A DNA stretch of 49,885 bases from Deltaproteobacteria bacterium (lineage in GTDB: Bacteria > Desulfobacterota > Desulfuromonadia > Geobacterales > Pseudopelobacteraceae). Positions 17,545-26,531 of the stretch are shown here, piece by piece. The stretch is from the NCBI GenBank assembly GCA_016219145.1, contig JACRCG010000234.1:1-49885 (forward strand), given 5' to 3'. How positions within the stretch are numbered: the stretch's first letter is position 1; each line of letters begins with the position of its first letter. The notes beneath the pieces are model-generated. The model saw only the letters and a list, made by a program, of their open reading frames with translations. It did not search any database and was not told the origin of the DNA. The translations under genes and the position numbers were made by a program.

Positions 17545-19281
17545 CTACCAGTTGAAGACTTCGTCCAGTTCTTCGTCCTTCATCATAAACGTCTGATTGT
17601 GCGGCGCAATCGGCTCATTGTAGAAGAAGCGCGGCAGACGGTCGTGATGCTTGGTAAAACCGGCCCGGGCGTTGAAATCCCGCTCGGCGGAAAGCACCTT
17701 TTTGCCGAGCGCTACGACATCGTCGCCGGTCATGGTGATGCCATGGAATGAGCCCAGCATGTCAAGCAGCGCCTGGAAAGTCTCGGGCTGATCCATGATG
17801 GCGAAGGCGATGAACAGGCACATGCCGGTAGAGTCAATTGCTGCGGTGGCAATCTGCAGATTGCGGGAAAGCTCGATCTGCCCTTCGGTCTTGAGCGGAT
17901 CGACATCGCCGCCGACTTTGAGGATGTTGGTGGCGATGGCATAACCGGCGGTGTGGTCGGCCCCCTGGGTCGTAGTCGCATAGGTGACGCCGATGCCCTG
18001 AATGGCGCGTGGATCGTAGGCCGGCAGAGCCTGATCCTTGACGACCGGCACCCGCTCGAGACCGAATACCTTGCCGGTTACCGCTGCCCCGCTTCCAAGG
18101 ATGCGCCCCAGCGGAGTACCCTTTTCCACCTCTTCCATCAGCCGGATTGCCCCGGCGTCGTCGCCAAACTCAGCCAGTCCGGCATCCATGGCCACACCGA
18201 TCGTGACCCCCATTTCGATGGTGTCTACGCCGATATTGTCGTCCATATAGTCCAGTTTGGCGATGGTGTCCAGATTGGAAATGCCGCAGTGGCCGCCATG
18301 CGACCAGACCGTCTCGTATTCGGGCTGTTTGGTGACGTAATTGCCGTCCTTGTCGTTGAAAATGCCGGAACATTGGATGACACAGCCGCGGTGACAGCCG
18401 TGGGTGGCCGAGCCGCCCCGCTTGATCTCCAGCTCGGCCTGGGCTTCGCCGCTGATTTTGGAGCCGCCCTCAAACTGGCCGGTCTTGAAGTTGTTGGTCG
18501 GATAGCCGCCGGCTTCGTTCAATACGTTGGTCAGCACGTTTGTGCCGTAGGCCGGCAGACCTTCACCGGTGACCGGGTGCTTGCGCAACCCTTCGACGAA
18601 CTTGCGGTTGGCATCGCGGTAGGCCTCCGGATCTTTGGGAGGACGCATCTTCATGCCGGCGTCGTCGATAATGATGGCCTTGATCCTTTTAGCGCCCATG
18701 ACAGCTCCCACGCCGCCGCGTCCGCAGTGGCGGGTCGGACGCAGTTCCGGATCGGTGCAGGCGATCGAAGCCGACAGCAGTTTGCGCTCTCCGGCAGAAC
18801 CGATGCTCATGTAAGCTACCTTGTCACCGTACTCTTCACGCAGTTTGGCGACCAGTGGGTAGTTGTTCATCAGCTTGAGGCTGTTGTCCACGATGACCTG
18901 GATGCCGTCCTTGTTGATCAGGATCTTGTACAGGTCATCACCTTCAGGCTTCCCCTCCAGAATCACGGCGGCGTAACCGAGCCTGGCCAAAACCTGTGCG
19001 GCCTGGCCACCGGCGTTGGACTCCTTGATGGTGCCGGTCAGAGGGCTTTTACAGCCGACCGACAGCCGGCCGGTCATGGAGCCGGTCGTACCGCTCAGCA
19101 TACCGGGTGAAATGACCAGTTTGTTCTCGGCCCCCAGCGGGTGGGCTTGCGGATGAACCTCGGCAGCGACCACCAGCGAGGTCATGGCCCTGCCCCCCAG
19201 CCCGGCGTACTCTCCCAGGCCGCCGACCGTTACCTTCGGGCCTCCTGCGGCCCCCATGTCAATCCTTGCAATTTTGTCCAT
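17545..19281 (-). CDS. Aldehyde:ferredoxin oxidoreductase family (tungsten/molybdopterin AOR)
   Basis: 578 aa from MDKIARIDMG.., preceded by AAGGAG. AOR N-terminal and catalytic domain pattern: ..LGGRAMTS.., ..GCKSPLTG.., ..CHRGCVIQC.., ..DxxGxC... Confidence 0.9.
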   Translation of the reverse strand: MDKIARIDMGAAGGPKVTVGGLGEYAGLGGRAMTSLVVAAEVHPQAHPLGAENKLVISPGMLSGTTGSMTGRLSVGCKSPLTGTIKESNAGGQAAQVLARLGYAAVILEGKPEGDDLYKILINKDGIQVIVDNSLKLMNNYPLVAKLREEYGDKVAYMSIGSAGERKLLSASIACTDPELRPTRHCGRGGVGAVMGAKRIKAIIIDDAGMKMRPPKDPEAYRDANRKFVEGLRKHPVTGEGLPAYGTNVLTNVLNEAGGYPTNNFKTGQFEGGSKISGEAQAELEIKRGGSATHGCHRGCVIQCSGIFNDKDGNYVTKQPEYETVWSHGGHCGISNLDTIAKLDYMDDNIGVDTIEMGVTIGVAMDAGLAEFGDDAGAIRLMEEVEKGTPLGRILGSGAAVTGKVFGLERVPVVKDQALPAYDPRAIQGIGVTYATTTQGADHTAGYAIATNILKVGGDVDPLKTEGQIELSRNLQIATAAIDSTGMCLFIAFAIMDQPETFQALLDMLGSFHGITMTGDDVVALGKKVLSAERDFNARAGFTKHHDRLPRFFYNEPIAPHNQTFMMKDEELDEVFNW

Positions 19282-19357
19282 ACTGTTCTCCTTTCCCTTG
19301 TCTGTGCCTGGCACAGTGAAATTCTCCTTTTCAAAGGAAGGCTGCGCCGTTTCCCGC

Positions 19358-19371
19358 GCAACCCAATGGCC
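19358..19371 (-). promoter_or_regulatory. Weak candidate sigma-54 promoter upstream of aor
   Basis: The minus strand reads aGGCCAttgggTTGCg (GG-N10-GC spacing correct, good -12, imperfect -24), about 80 nt upstream of the aor ATG. Confidence 0.25.
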
Positions 19372-19431
19372 TGTCGCCGTGGGTGGGGTCCTTTAGGCGG
19401 TGAGGCTCGGAGTAAAATAGTAGTCAGGTGT

Positions 19432-20871
19432 TTATGCGGTCTGCTCCACTTGCCGGAATATGACAACCCGGTAGCTGGTAAAACATTTACGTGTGAGGCA
19501 ACCCCAGAATACGCCTGCTCCGTAAGCTAGTTGTTCAAGCAGGTAAATGATGCTGAAGCCGGCAAATGTCAGCTGTGGTTTTTTAATCATAAAATCGACA
19601 GCGGCGGCGATCAGCAGGAAAGCGGCCGGCAAAACCCTGGCCCACAAGCCGGGAGCGAACAGGGTGATAATGAGCAGCGGCAGGGTGTAGTAGCGCACCA
19701 GATGGTAAGAGAGGTAGTATATCAGACTTCCAACAGTGCGCAAACGGCCGGTGATCAGGGACGTAAGCCCAATAGGCACACCGCGCCTGATAAACATAAA
19801 CCTGATGATGGCAGAGTCGGCGGCCAGCAAGATCACTGCCGGCAGCAGGGGCCACCATCCGGCGAAGGGCGTCATAAGGCAGATGATCAGAAGTGCGGCC
19901 GAAAGTGGAGGGATAACCATCTGCTTTTGGCGGTGTGGATGAAGCAGTTGCAGCATCCCCTCGGAGGTGCCGTAGTCGAAACGGCGGGACATGAAGGAAC
20001 GGATCGAGCTGCGGTGTTCATGCAGCACATTGCCGCTTGGCAGATAGCAGATGCTTAAGCCCTTGTCGCGCAGCCGCCAGGTCAGATCCACATCTTCACC
20101 GACATGCATGCTGTCTTTGAAGCCGCCCGCGCTCTGAAAGGCGCTGCGCCGGACCAGCAGGTTGCAGCTGGGGAGGTAAAAGGTGTCGTTGCCGCTATTT
20201 CCGACGCGCTCTCTGTTTCCGATCGAGAGGCTGGACATGACCGCTTCATAGCGGTCAACCGCTGATTCACTGCACATGCCGTCCACCTGCCCTCCGACAG
20301 CGGCCATGGCCGGGTCGTTAAAGGCCGGGATCAGATCATCAAGCCATCTTTGCGAGGCGCTGCAATCTGAATCGATAAAGGCCAGTATCTCTCCGGCGGC
20401 ATTGGAGGCGCCGACGTTGCGGGCTGCGGCCGGACCTCTGCCCGTGCCCCCTGAATATACCAGCAAGGCACCGAATTCTCGCGCCACCGATGGAGAATCA
20501 TCACTGCTGCCGTCGTCCACCACGATGATTTGCAATTTCTCCTTTGGATAGCTGATCTGCGAAAGAGAAGCCAGGCAGCGCCGCAGCTCGTCAGCCCGGT
20601 TCATAACCGGGATGATAACGCTGACATCGGGGAGCGTCGCAGGAAGTTCGGAAGCCTCCCTCACCCTTTCGGCGAAACCTTTTGCCGTCAACTGTTCCAG
20701 GATTTTCTGTTCCTCTGCTGAAGCATCTATCAGCGTCCCGTCAGTTCCGCGCCTGACCAGATCGGCCAGAGAACGGTTCAGGCGCAGGACGCAGAGCGGA
20801 GTTTTCGACATGAGGAAGAATGCCCCGTCCCGTTCCACCAGCTCCACATTGTGCCTCAGACGGTAGATCAT
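19432..20871 (-). CDS. mftF: Mycofactocin-system glycosyltransferase (family 2 GT with C-terminal TM region)
   Basis: 479 aa. The N-terminal extension MIYRLRHNVELVERDGAFFLMSKTPLCVLRLN.. precedes a GT2 core (VSVIIPVMNR, VVDDGSSD, FIDSD, GEDVDL). Length and architecture match MftF, and it sits at the end of the mft operon (ATGA overlap with etfB). Confidence 0.75.
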   Translation of the reverse strand: MIYRLRHNVELVERDGAFFLMSKTPLCVLRLNRSLADLVRRGTDGTLIDASAEEQKILEQLTAKGFAERVREASELPATLPDVSVIIPVMNRADELRRCLASLSQISYPKEKLQIIVVDDGSSDDSPSVAREFGALLVYSGGTGRGPAAARNVGASNAAGEILAFIDSDCSASQRWLDDLIPAFNDPAMAAVGGQVDGMCSESAVDRYEAVMSSLSIGNRERVGNSGNDTFYLPSCNLLVRRSAFQSAGGFKDSMHVGEDVDLTWRLRDKGLSICYLPSGNVLHEHRSSIRSFMSRRFDYGTSEGMLQLLHPHRQKQMVIPPLSAALLIICLMTPFAGWWPLLPAVILLAADSAIIRFMFIRRGVPIGLTSLITGRLRTVGSLIYYLSYHLVRYYTLPLLIITLFAPGLWARVLPAAFLLIAAAVDFMIKKPQLTFAGFSIIYLLEQLAYGAGVFWGCLTRKCFTSYRVVIFRQVEQTA

Positions 20872-21761
20872 GAGATCCCCTCCGCTATCAAGCCCTCTTC
20901 GATGAAAACCTGCACCAGGGAAGCGGCCGTATCATCGATCGAAAGTGTATGAAGCTTTCCCTCACGGGCTTTGATTCCGCCGGAAAGCAGCGAGAGTATC
21001 CTCTCAAAGGCAGGCAGCTTTGGATCCGGCGTCACCACGCGAACCGGGTCAGGACGTGGAGCGCCATAGTCAGCCTCGGCAAGATATGCGCCGCATGCGC
21101 CAATTTCCCGGATGGGAAGACTCAGGTTTGCAAGGTTCCAGATCTCCACCGGAACGTTCAGCGATTGCGTGACCGTCTCGATTGAAGGATAGCGAGGGGA
21201 GCGAATCTCCTCAAAGAGGATGGTACAGGGGTATGGGGCGGTTACGGTCTGGCGGGCACCACGATCCGACTTGCGCTCGGCCTCAACCCACTCCTTTTTG
21301 GGAGCAAACGAGACGGCGGCCGAGATGCAGGGCATACCGGCCGCAGCAGCGGCCAGAGCGGGCACAGGCTCATCCCCCCGATCCAGCATGTGGTTGCCGG
21401 TGAAGACAAGATCCGGTATGAGTATCTTCGTGATACGGGCCAGAACCCGGGCGTCGGCCACTGCGTCGCCACCTTCCATGTCATGATCCCGGAAACGGAT
21501 GCCCCGGTCGGCTCCCATGGAAAAGGCCAGCCGCAGGGTGTCGTCCAGCCGCTCAGGGCCGATGACCAGCACAGTCACCTGCGCTGCAAGAGTGTCTTTC
21601 AGGTGCAGCGCCTCTTCCAGCGCAGCCAGGTCCGCTGGGTTTGGAACGTGTCGCAGGCCCCGGTCGCTGATGGCCGCGCCGCGGGTCGTGACACAGGCCG
21701 GTGGACGGGGATCACTGCTTTCCCGGAGCAGGACGAGGATGTCTAGTTTGTTGTTAGGCAT
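20868..21761 (-). CDS. Electron transfer flavoprotein beta-subunit-like protein (FixA-like, mycofactocin-associated)
   Basis: 297 aa with the ETF-beta fold pattern (ILVLLRES.., VTVLVIGPE.., MGADRGI..) and the extended C-terminal arm. Confidence 0.75.
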   Translation of the reverse strand: MPNNKLDILVLLRESSDPRPPACVTTRGAAISDRGLRHVPNPADLAALEEALHLKDTLAAQVTVLVIGPERLDDTLRLAFSMGADRGIRFRDHDMEGGDAVADARVLARITKILIPDLVFTGNHMLDRGDEPVPALAAAAAGMPCISAAVSFAPKKEWVEAERKSDRGARQTVTAPYPCTILFEEIRSPRYPSIETVTQSLNVPVEIWNLANLSLPIREIGACGAYLAEADYGAPRPDPVRVVTPDPKLPAFERILSLLSGGIKAREGKLHTLSIDDTAASLVQVFIEEGLIAEGIS

Positions 21762-21783
21762 GGGTTTTCCTCTTGTTGCTTAT

Positions 21784-21879
21784 GTAGGGGCGATCCTTGT
21801 GATCGCCCGCTGTTTGAGGTTGGGCGAATACCGGGCGAATACCCGGCGAATACCGGGCGAATACAAGATTCGCCCCTAC
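21784..21879. repeat. GTAGGGGCGA-type REP element, expanded copy with an internal 11-mer tandem
   Basis: GTAGGGGCGATCCTTGTGATCGCCC ... (GGGCGAATACC)x3 ... GGGCGAATACAAGATTCGCCCCTAC. This gives two hairpins bracketed by GTAGGGG/CCCCTAC. It is the same element as 26464-26521. Confidence 0.9.
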
Positions 21880-21892
21880 GATATCACGATTT

Positions 21893-22171
21893 TTACGTCA
21901 TCCGGTACGCCACCCCGAAGCCTCCCCGGGGGTAGCGCCAGCGGGTAAAAGCGTCTTTATGGCAAACGACGTAGCAGGTACCGCACTCCAGACAGCCGTC
22001 ATGTACGAAGGTCATCTTCTGCTCCTCCTGCGACCAGCTGTAGCAGCGGGCCGGGCAGGAGTTTACGCAGCCGCGATTGTCGCATCCGGCACAGATATCG
22101 TAGTTGAGTACGATATGCGGCTCCCGGTCGATAGTGAAGCTGGTGTTGTCAAAAATTTCGTCGATATTCAT
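21893..22171 (-). CDS. fixX: FixX-type ferredoxin-like protein
   Basis: 92 aa with a Cys pattern CAGC..C..CP...C ... CLECGTC..C typical of FixX. It overlaps the end of fixC. Confidence 0.85.
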   Translation of the reverse strand: MNIDEIFDNTSFTIDREPHIVLNYDICAGCDNRGCVNSCPARCYSWSQEEQKMTFVHDGCLECGTCYVVCHKDAFTRWRYPRGGFGVAYRMT

Positions 22172-23465
22172 AGTGCTCTCCAGGCGCCAAACCGTCTGCC
22201 ATCAGATTTCCGAGGCCGACCTTTTCCCTGGCTGATTTGAGGAACAGCCTGGACAGATTCTCCTTGGGCGCCCCGTCGATACGGTAGATATACTCCATGA
22301 AGCTGCACATCAATTCCGGATACTCGTTGTAGATGCGGTCGTTATGCAGCATATGCGGCGCCTTGCGGTAGAGCTTCAGGTCTTTGATCACATAGCTTTC
22401 CTCAAGCAGTTTCTTGTAGTGTGACAGGCCCTGTTTGCTGAAATCCCTGTTGCGATGGGCCTCAACAACCGCCTTGCCCGCCAGCACCCCTGAATGGGAT
22501 GCCAGATTGATCCCCTCAAGGTTCAGTCCGGTGGCGTTGCAGAAGGCGGCCGCATCACCGGCCACCAGTATGCCGTCCCCGACCAGTTCAGGGATCATGT
22601 CGTAGCCCCCCTCGGGGATCAGATGCGCCGAATATTCCTGAAGCTTGCCGCCGCAGATCATTTTGGCCACCTGGGGCTGCTCCATAAAGGCGTTCAACAG
22701 ATCATAGGGAGTTTTGCCGCTGGTGCGCAGGCTGGCAAGATGAAAGACCAGGCCGATCGAGAGCGAATCGTAGTTGGTGTAGAGGAAACCGCCTCCACGC
22801 ACTCCGTCGGTGCAGCCGACGAATTCGTTGGCGAAGCCCTGTTCGCGCACCAGACCAAAACGGTCGTCGATCATTTCGCGCGGCATGTCCAGCAGAGCCT
22901 TGACGCCTACCGCCATCTGGGCCGGGTTGAAGGTCGGCTGCCTGAGTCCGGCTTTTCTGGCGATGAAGGAGAGCACACCATCTGCTGCAATCACTACCGG
23001 CGCCAGCAGCTCGCCATCCCGCCCCTGCACGGTAACGCCGGCCAGTTTGCCGTTCTTGTGGACCAGCTCGTCTACGGTAGCGCGGGTAATCAGTGTGGCA
23101 CCCGCCTTTACCGCCTCCTGGGCCAGCCAGCGATCAAAACGGGGACGGAAGATCGTATAGCCGTTGAAGGGCGGCCTGTCGAAATTTCCGGCCTCGATGG
23201 TGGTGTTGAAGCTGGAGTCTGCCGTCATGAAGGTGACACCCTTCTTGACGATGTGACGCTCCAGCGGGGCACGCTGCCAGAAATCGGGGAAGATCTCTTC
23301 CAGTGAAGGGAGCCGATGCAGCACTCCGCCGAACATGTTTTTCTCGCCCGGGAAGGAGCCGCGTTCGACCAGGGCCACATCCAGCCCGGCGCGGGCCATG
23401 GTCAGGGCGGCCGAAGAGCCGGCCGGGCCGGCTCCGATAACTATGGCCTGATAGGTTTTGCTCAT
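22149..23465 (-). CDS. fixC: FixC-type FAD-dependent oxidoreductase (ETF:quinone oxidoreductase-like)
   Basis: 438 aa with N-terminal IVIGAGPAGSSAALTMARAGLDVALVERG and GDAA motifs. Confidence 0.85.
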   Translation of the reverse strand: MSKTYQAIVIGAGPAGSSAALTMARAGLDVALVERGSFPGEKNMFGGVLHRLPSLEEIFPDFWQRAPLERHIVKKGVTFMTADSSFNTTIEAGNFDRPPFNGYTIFRPRFDRWLAQEAVKAGATLITRATVDELVHKNGKLAGVTVQGRDGELLAPVVIAADGVLSFIARKAGLRQPTFNPAQMAVGVKALLDMPREMIDDRFGLVREQGFANEFVGCTDGVRGGGFLYTNYDSLSIGLVFHLASLRTSGKTPYDLLNAFMEQPQVAKMICGGKLQEYSAHLIPEGGYDMIPELVGDGILVAGDAAAFCNATGLNLEGINLASHSGVLAGKAVVEAHRNRDFSKQGLSHYKKLLEESYVIKDLKLYRKAPHMLHNDRIYNEYPELMCSFMEYIYRIDGAPKENLSRLFLKSAREKVGLGNLMADGLAPGEHYEYRRNF

Positions 23466-24466
23466 GCTGCACCTCCGATCCGGGCTTTAACCTGATCCAG
23501 CAGGCGCGGCAGCAATTCTTTCAGGTCGGCCACAAAGCCTTCATCGGAGTTAGGAAAAATGGGAGCTTTTGAATCACTGTTGATCGACACGATCCGGCGG
23601 GAATCCTTGATGCCCCCCACATGATGCATGGAGCCGGAAATTCCCAGGGCTACGTACAGCCGGGGTGTCACCGTACGGCCGGTCTGGCCGACCATCCGCT
23701 CAAAACCGCTCCACCCCAGGTCGTAGACCGGTCTGGTGACGCCGAAGGAGACGTTCAGCAGTTTGCACAATTCTTTGAGCTGGCTGAAAGTTTTTGGGTC
23801 GCATCCTTTGCCGGCGCTGAAAATGACTTCCGCCTCGCTCAGGTCAACAGTCTGCGGATCAGGCGGTATCCGGCAGGTAACCGTTGCGGACGCAGCGGAT
23901 AACGGAGCCGTGGGGCGCCAGCCGGCCAAAGATGGCGAACTGGAACGAACCGTCGGCATCAGCACCTGGCTCAGGGCACGGGTCGGCACCGTGGCGACCA
24001 GCGGGCGGCTGAAGTCCCATGTCCTGGTTTCCGCAATCCGCACTCCCAGTGCTTTGCGGGAGAGCCGGACTCCATCGGCACTCCGGTTTACAGAAATCAG
24101 CTCCGTCATGATCGCAGCCTTGAACTCATGAGCAACAACCGGCGCCAGGGTTGACCCCAGGTCGTTGTGGGGAAGCAGGATAACAGCTGCCAGTTCATCC
24201 TTTGCCAGTTGAGCAATATATTTTCCGAGCAGAGCCGGGGTATCGAGCAGCTTCTCACCATCTTGCAGGCAGGTTATGGTCGGAGTCCCATACGCGCCGA
24301 AGGCAGCCAGTTGCACACTGTCGGGTGCTACGGCGACCGCCACCCCCCAGTTGGCGTCAAGGATACCGGCCAGACGCGCCCCGTAGGAGAGGAGCCCCCG
24401 TCCGGTTTCATCCAGCTCGCCTCCGGGAAGATCGACAAAAATGAGGATTTTGCCGTTGATGCCCAT
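23462..24466 (-). CDS. Electron transfer flavoprotein alpha-subunit-like protein (FixB-like, mycofactocin-associated)
   Basis: 334 aa with the C-terminal FAD-binding signature ..PRLYVALGISGSMHHVGGIKDS... ATGA overlaps occur at both gene junctions. Confidence 0.85.
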   Translation of the reverse strand: MGINGKILIFVDLPGGELDETGRGLLSYGARLAGILDANWGVAVAVAPDSVQLAAFGAYGTPTITCLQDGEKLLDTPALLGKYIAQLAKDELAAVILLPHNDLGSTLAPVVAHEFKAAIMTELISVNRSADGVRLSRKALGVRIAETRTWDFSRPLVATVPTRALSQVLMPTVRSSSPSLAGWRPTAPLSAASATVTCRIPPDPQTVDLSEAEVIFSAGKGCDPKTFSQLKELCKLLNVSFGVTRPVYDLGWSGFERMVGQTGRTVTPRLYVALGISGSMHHVGGIKDSRRIVSINSDSKAPIFPNSDEGFVADLKELLPRLLDQVKARIGGAA

Positions 24467-26427
24467 CAGATCTCCCTCCCGATCTTATGCCCTTCCCAGA
24501 TGGCCATATCGACCTTGCGGGGGGAGACGCAGTCGCCGATCCGGTACAGTTCCGGAACCCTGCCCTTCAGACTCATATACAGATCATCATCCACCTGCTG
24601 ACCCATGACCAATACCAGGGAATCATACGGGCCCCACTCGTTCCAGACATTGGAGTAGACGTTGAAGCCTTTGACCGTCTTGGCTCCCGCCTCCCCGCCG
24701 ACTTCCATCACGGCGATATCCGGGGTAAAGGTAACCCCCTTCTGCAGCAGCCGCTGGCGGGACGAGTAGAGATCCTGGGTCGGCCCCAGCTCGGCACAGA
24801 TAAACAGGCTGGAGGTGATCATATCGACTTTCTTGCCCTGATTGGCCAGGAACTCAGCCGTGGCAGTGGCGCGTTGGTGGCCGTCATAATCAATCAGGCA
24901 GACCCTCTCGCCCAGCTCGGCCTCGCCGTTCAGCACCTGCACGACATTGAAGATCGCCGGGCCGTCGGCGCCACCCACGGCGTGTTTTTTGGGGACACTG
25001 CCGGTGGCTACGATCACCACATCGGGCTTGTCGGTCAATAACTGCTGCATAGTGGCTTCCAGGCCCAGTTTCACTGTCACGCCGGACTTGTCGAGCTGGT
25101 TCTTCTCGTTGCGGATGATGACGCCGAACTCGTCGCGACCGGTCCCCTTCATGGCGGTGATAACCTGTCCCCCCAGGGCTTCGCCCCGGTCGATCAAAGT
25201 CACCGCATGACCGCGCCGATCAGCCGTTTTGGCCGCCCACATGCCGGCCGGGCCACCTCCGACGATGGTAACGCGCTTCTTCACTCCGGCCTGTGCCAGG
25301 GTGCCCTCACCCCACTCCTTTTCCCGGCCGACGGCCGGGTTCTGGACGCAGCCCAGGGTTTTATTCATGCCGATCCGGCCGATGCAGCCCTGGTTGCAGG
25401 CGATGCAGTAGCGAATATCGTCCATACGCCCTTCCAGCGCCTTTTTTGGCAGGAACGGGTCACAGATCAGGGCCCGGCACATGCCGATCATGTCGGCCTG
25501 ACCGCTGGCCAGAACCTTTTCGGCCATGACCGGATCGTTGATGCGCCCGGTGCAGAAAACCGGCAGCTTGATCCGTTCGCGTATTCCGGCAGCCAGCGGG
25601 ATGGTGTAGCCCAGCGGGGTATGCATCGAACCCTCCACCAGGTAGAGGTTGTAGAAGGTGGCAATGGAGAGATCCATGAAATCGATCAGGCCGGTGGCCT
25701 CGAAACGGGCGCAGATTTCCTGCACCTGGGCCAGATCAAGTCCGCCCGGGATCATCTCGTCGGCGCACATGCGGATTCCGAGGGTAAAGTCGTTGCCGAC
25801 CGCCTTCCTGACGGCGGATATGAACTTGAGCGGCGCCCGCATGCGGTTTTCCAGCGAGCCGCCGTATTCGTCACTGCGGTGATTGGTCAGGGGCGACAGG
25901 AACTGGCGCGCCAGACTGGAGTGACCAAACTGGATCTCGATCCCGTCAAAACCGCCTTCACGAACATGAATGGCGCTCCTGGCAAAGTAGCGGGCCACCT
26001 CTTCGATGTCTTCCGGCTCCATGGCCTTGGGAACTTCACGGAACAGCACATCCGGAACCGGTGACGGAGCCCAGACCGGCAAGCGTGAGATGCTTCCGTC
26101 ACCCTGCTGGCCGTTGTGGTTCAGCTGGGCAAAGATCTTCGAGTCATATTGGTGAACGTAGTCGGTGATCTTCTTGAAGCCCGGAATAACCTCGGCATGA
26201 TAGACATCGATCAGCTTCTCGTAGGACATGTCGGTCGGGTGAACAGTCAGCTCCTCGGTAATGATCAGCCCGGCCCCTCCCTTGGCGCGCTCGCCCCAGT
26301 AGTACATCTGCCGCTCGCTCGGCAGGTTGCCCACCGCCAGGTTGGTCAGGTGCGGCTGGAACGAAATGCGGTTCTTTACCTCGACGGTACCAATTTTGAG
26401 AGGTGAGAACAGATTCGGAAACATCAT
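24466..26427 (-). CDS. FadH/OYE-family flavoprotein oxidoreductase (FMN TIM barrel, 4Fe-4S Cys cluster, FAD/NAD(P) domain)
   Basis: 653 aa. MMFPNLFSPLKIGTVEVKNRI.. is an OYE N-terminus. The Cys cluster is CIACNQGC..C, and VTIVGGGPAGMWAA is a Rossmann motif. The position right after mftC matches the known 'mycofactocin system FadH/OYE family oxidoreductase' association. Confidence 0.85.
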   Translation of the reverse strand: MMFPNLFSPLKIGTVEVKNRISFQPHLTNLAVGNLPSERQMYYWGERAKGGAGLIITEELTVHPTDMSYEKLIDVYHAEVIPGFKKITDYVHQYDSKIFAQLNHNGQQGDGSISRLPVWAPSPVPDVLFREVPKAMEPEDIEEVARYFARSAIHVREGGFDGIEIQFGHSSLARQFLSPLTNHRSDEYGGSLENRMRAPLKFISAVRKAVGNDFTLGIRMCADEMIPGGLDLAQVQEICARFEATGLIDFMDLSIATFYNLYLVEGSMHTPLGYTIPLAAGIRERIKLPVFCTGRINDPVMAEKVLASGQADMIGMCRALICDPFLPKKALEGRMDDIRYCIACNQGCIGRIGMNKTLGCVQNPAVGREKEWGEGTLAQAGVKKRVTIVGGGPAGMWAAKTADRRGHAVTLIDRGEALGGQVITAMKGTGRDEFGVIIRNEKNQLDKSGVTVKLGLEATMQQLLTDKPDVVIVATGSVPKKHAVGGADGPAIFNVVQVLNGEAELGERVCLIDYDGHQRATATAEFLANQGKKVDMITSSLFICAELGPTQDLYSSRQRLLQKGVTFTPDIAVMEVGGEAGAKTVKGFNVYSNVWNEWGPYDSLVLVMGQQVDDDLYMSLKGRVPELYRIGDCVSPRKVDMAIWEGHKIGREI

Positions 26428-26463
26428 GGTGGTTGCTCCTGTTAATAATCCTGATTATATTTC

Positions 26464-26521
26464 GTAGGGGCGATCCTTGTGATCGCCCTCACAGTCGGGC
26501 GAATACAAGATTCGCCCCTAC
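26464..26521. repeat. GTAGGGGCGA-type REP element, compact copy
   Basis: GTAGGGGCGATCCTTGTGATCGCCC tcacagtc GGGCGAATACAAGATTCGCCCCTAC. It occupies the whole gap between mftC and the OYE gene. Confidence 0.9.
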
Positions 26522-26531
26522 GTTGTATTGT

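Noticed and set aside
17393-19314. Longer ORF-track starts for the 187-aa hypothetical protein (17491) and for aor (19314). Similar upstream extensions exist for rny (6718), ftsY (9481), yjbQ (15147), the thiF-like gene (16669), the MoxR gene (38530), the gldA-like gene (35710) and the porin gene (45060).
   Set aside because: In each case an internal start codon with a proper Shine-Dalgarno sequence gives the N-terminus typical of the family. The extensions overlap neighbouring genes or have non-protein-like composition.
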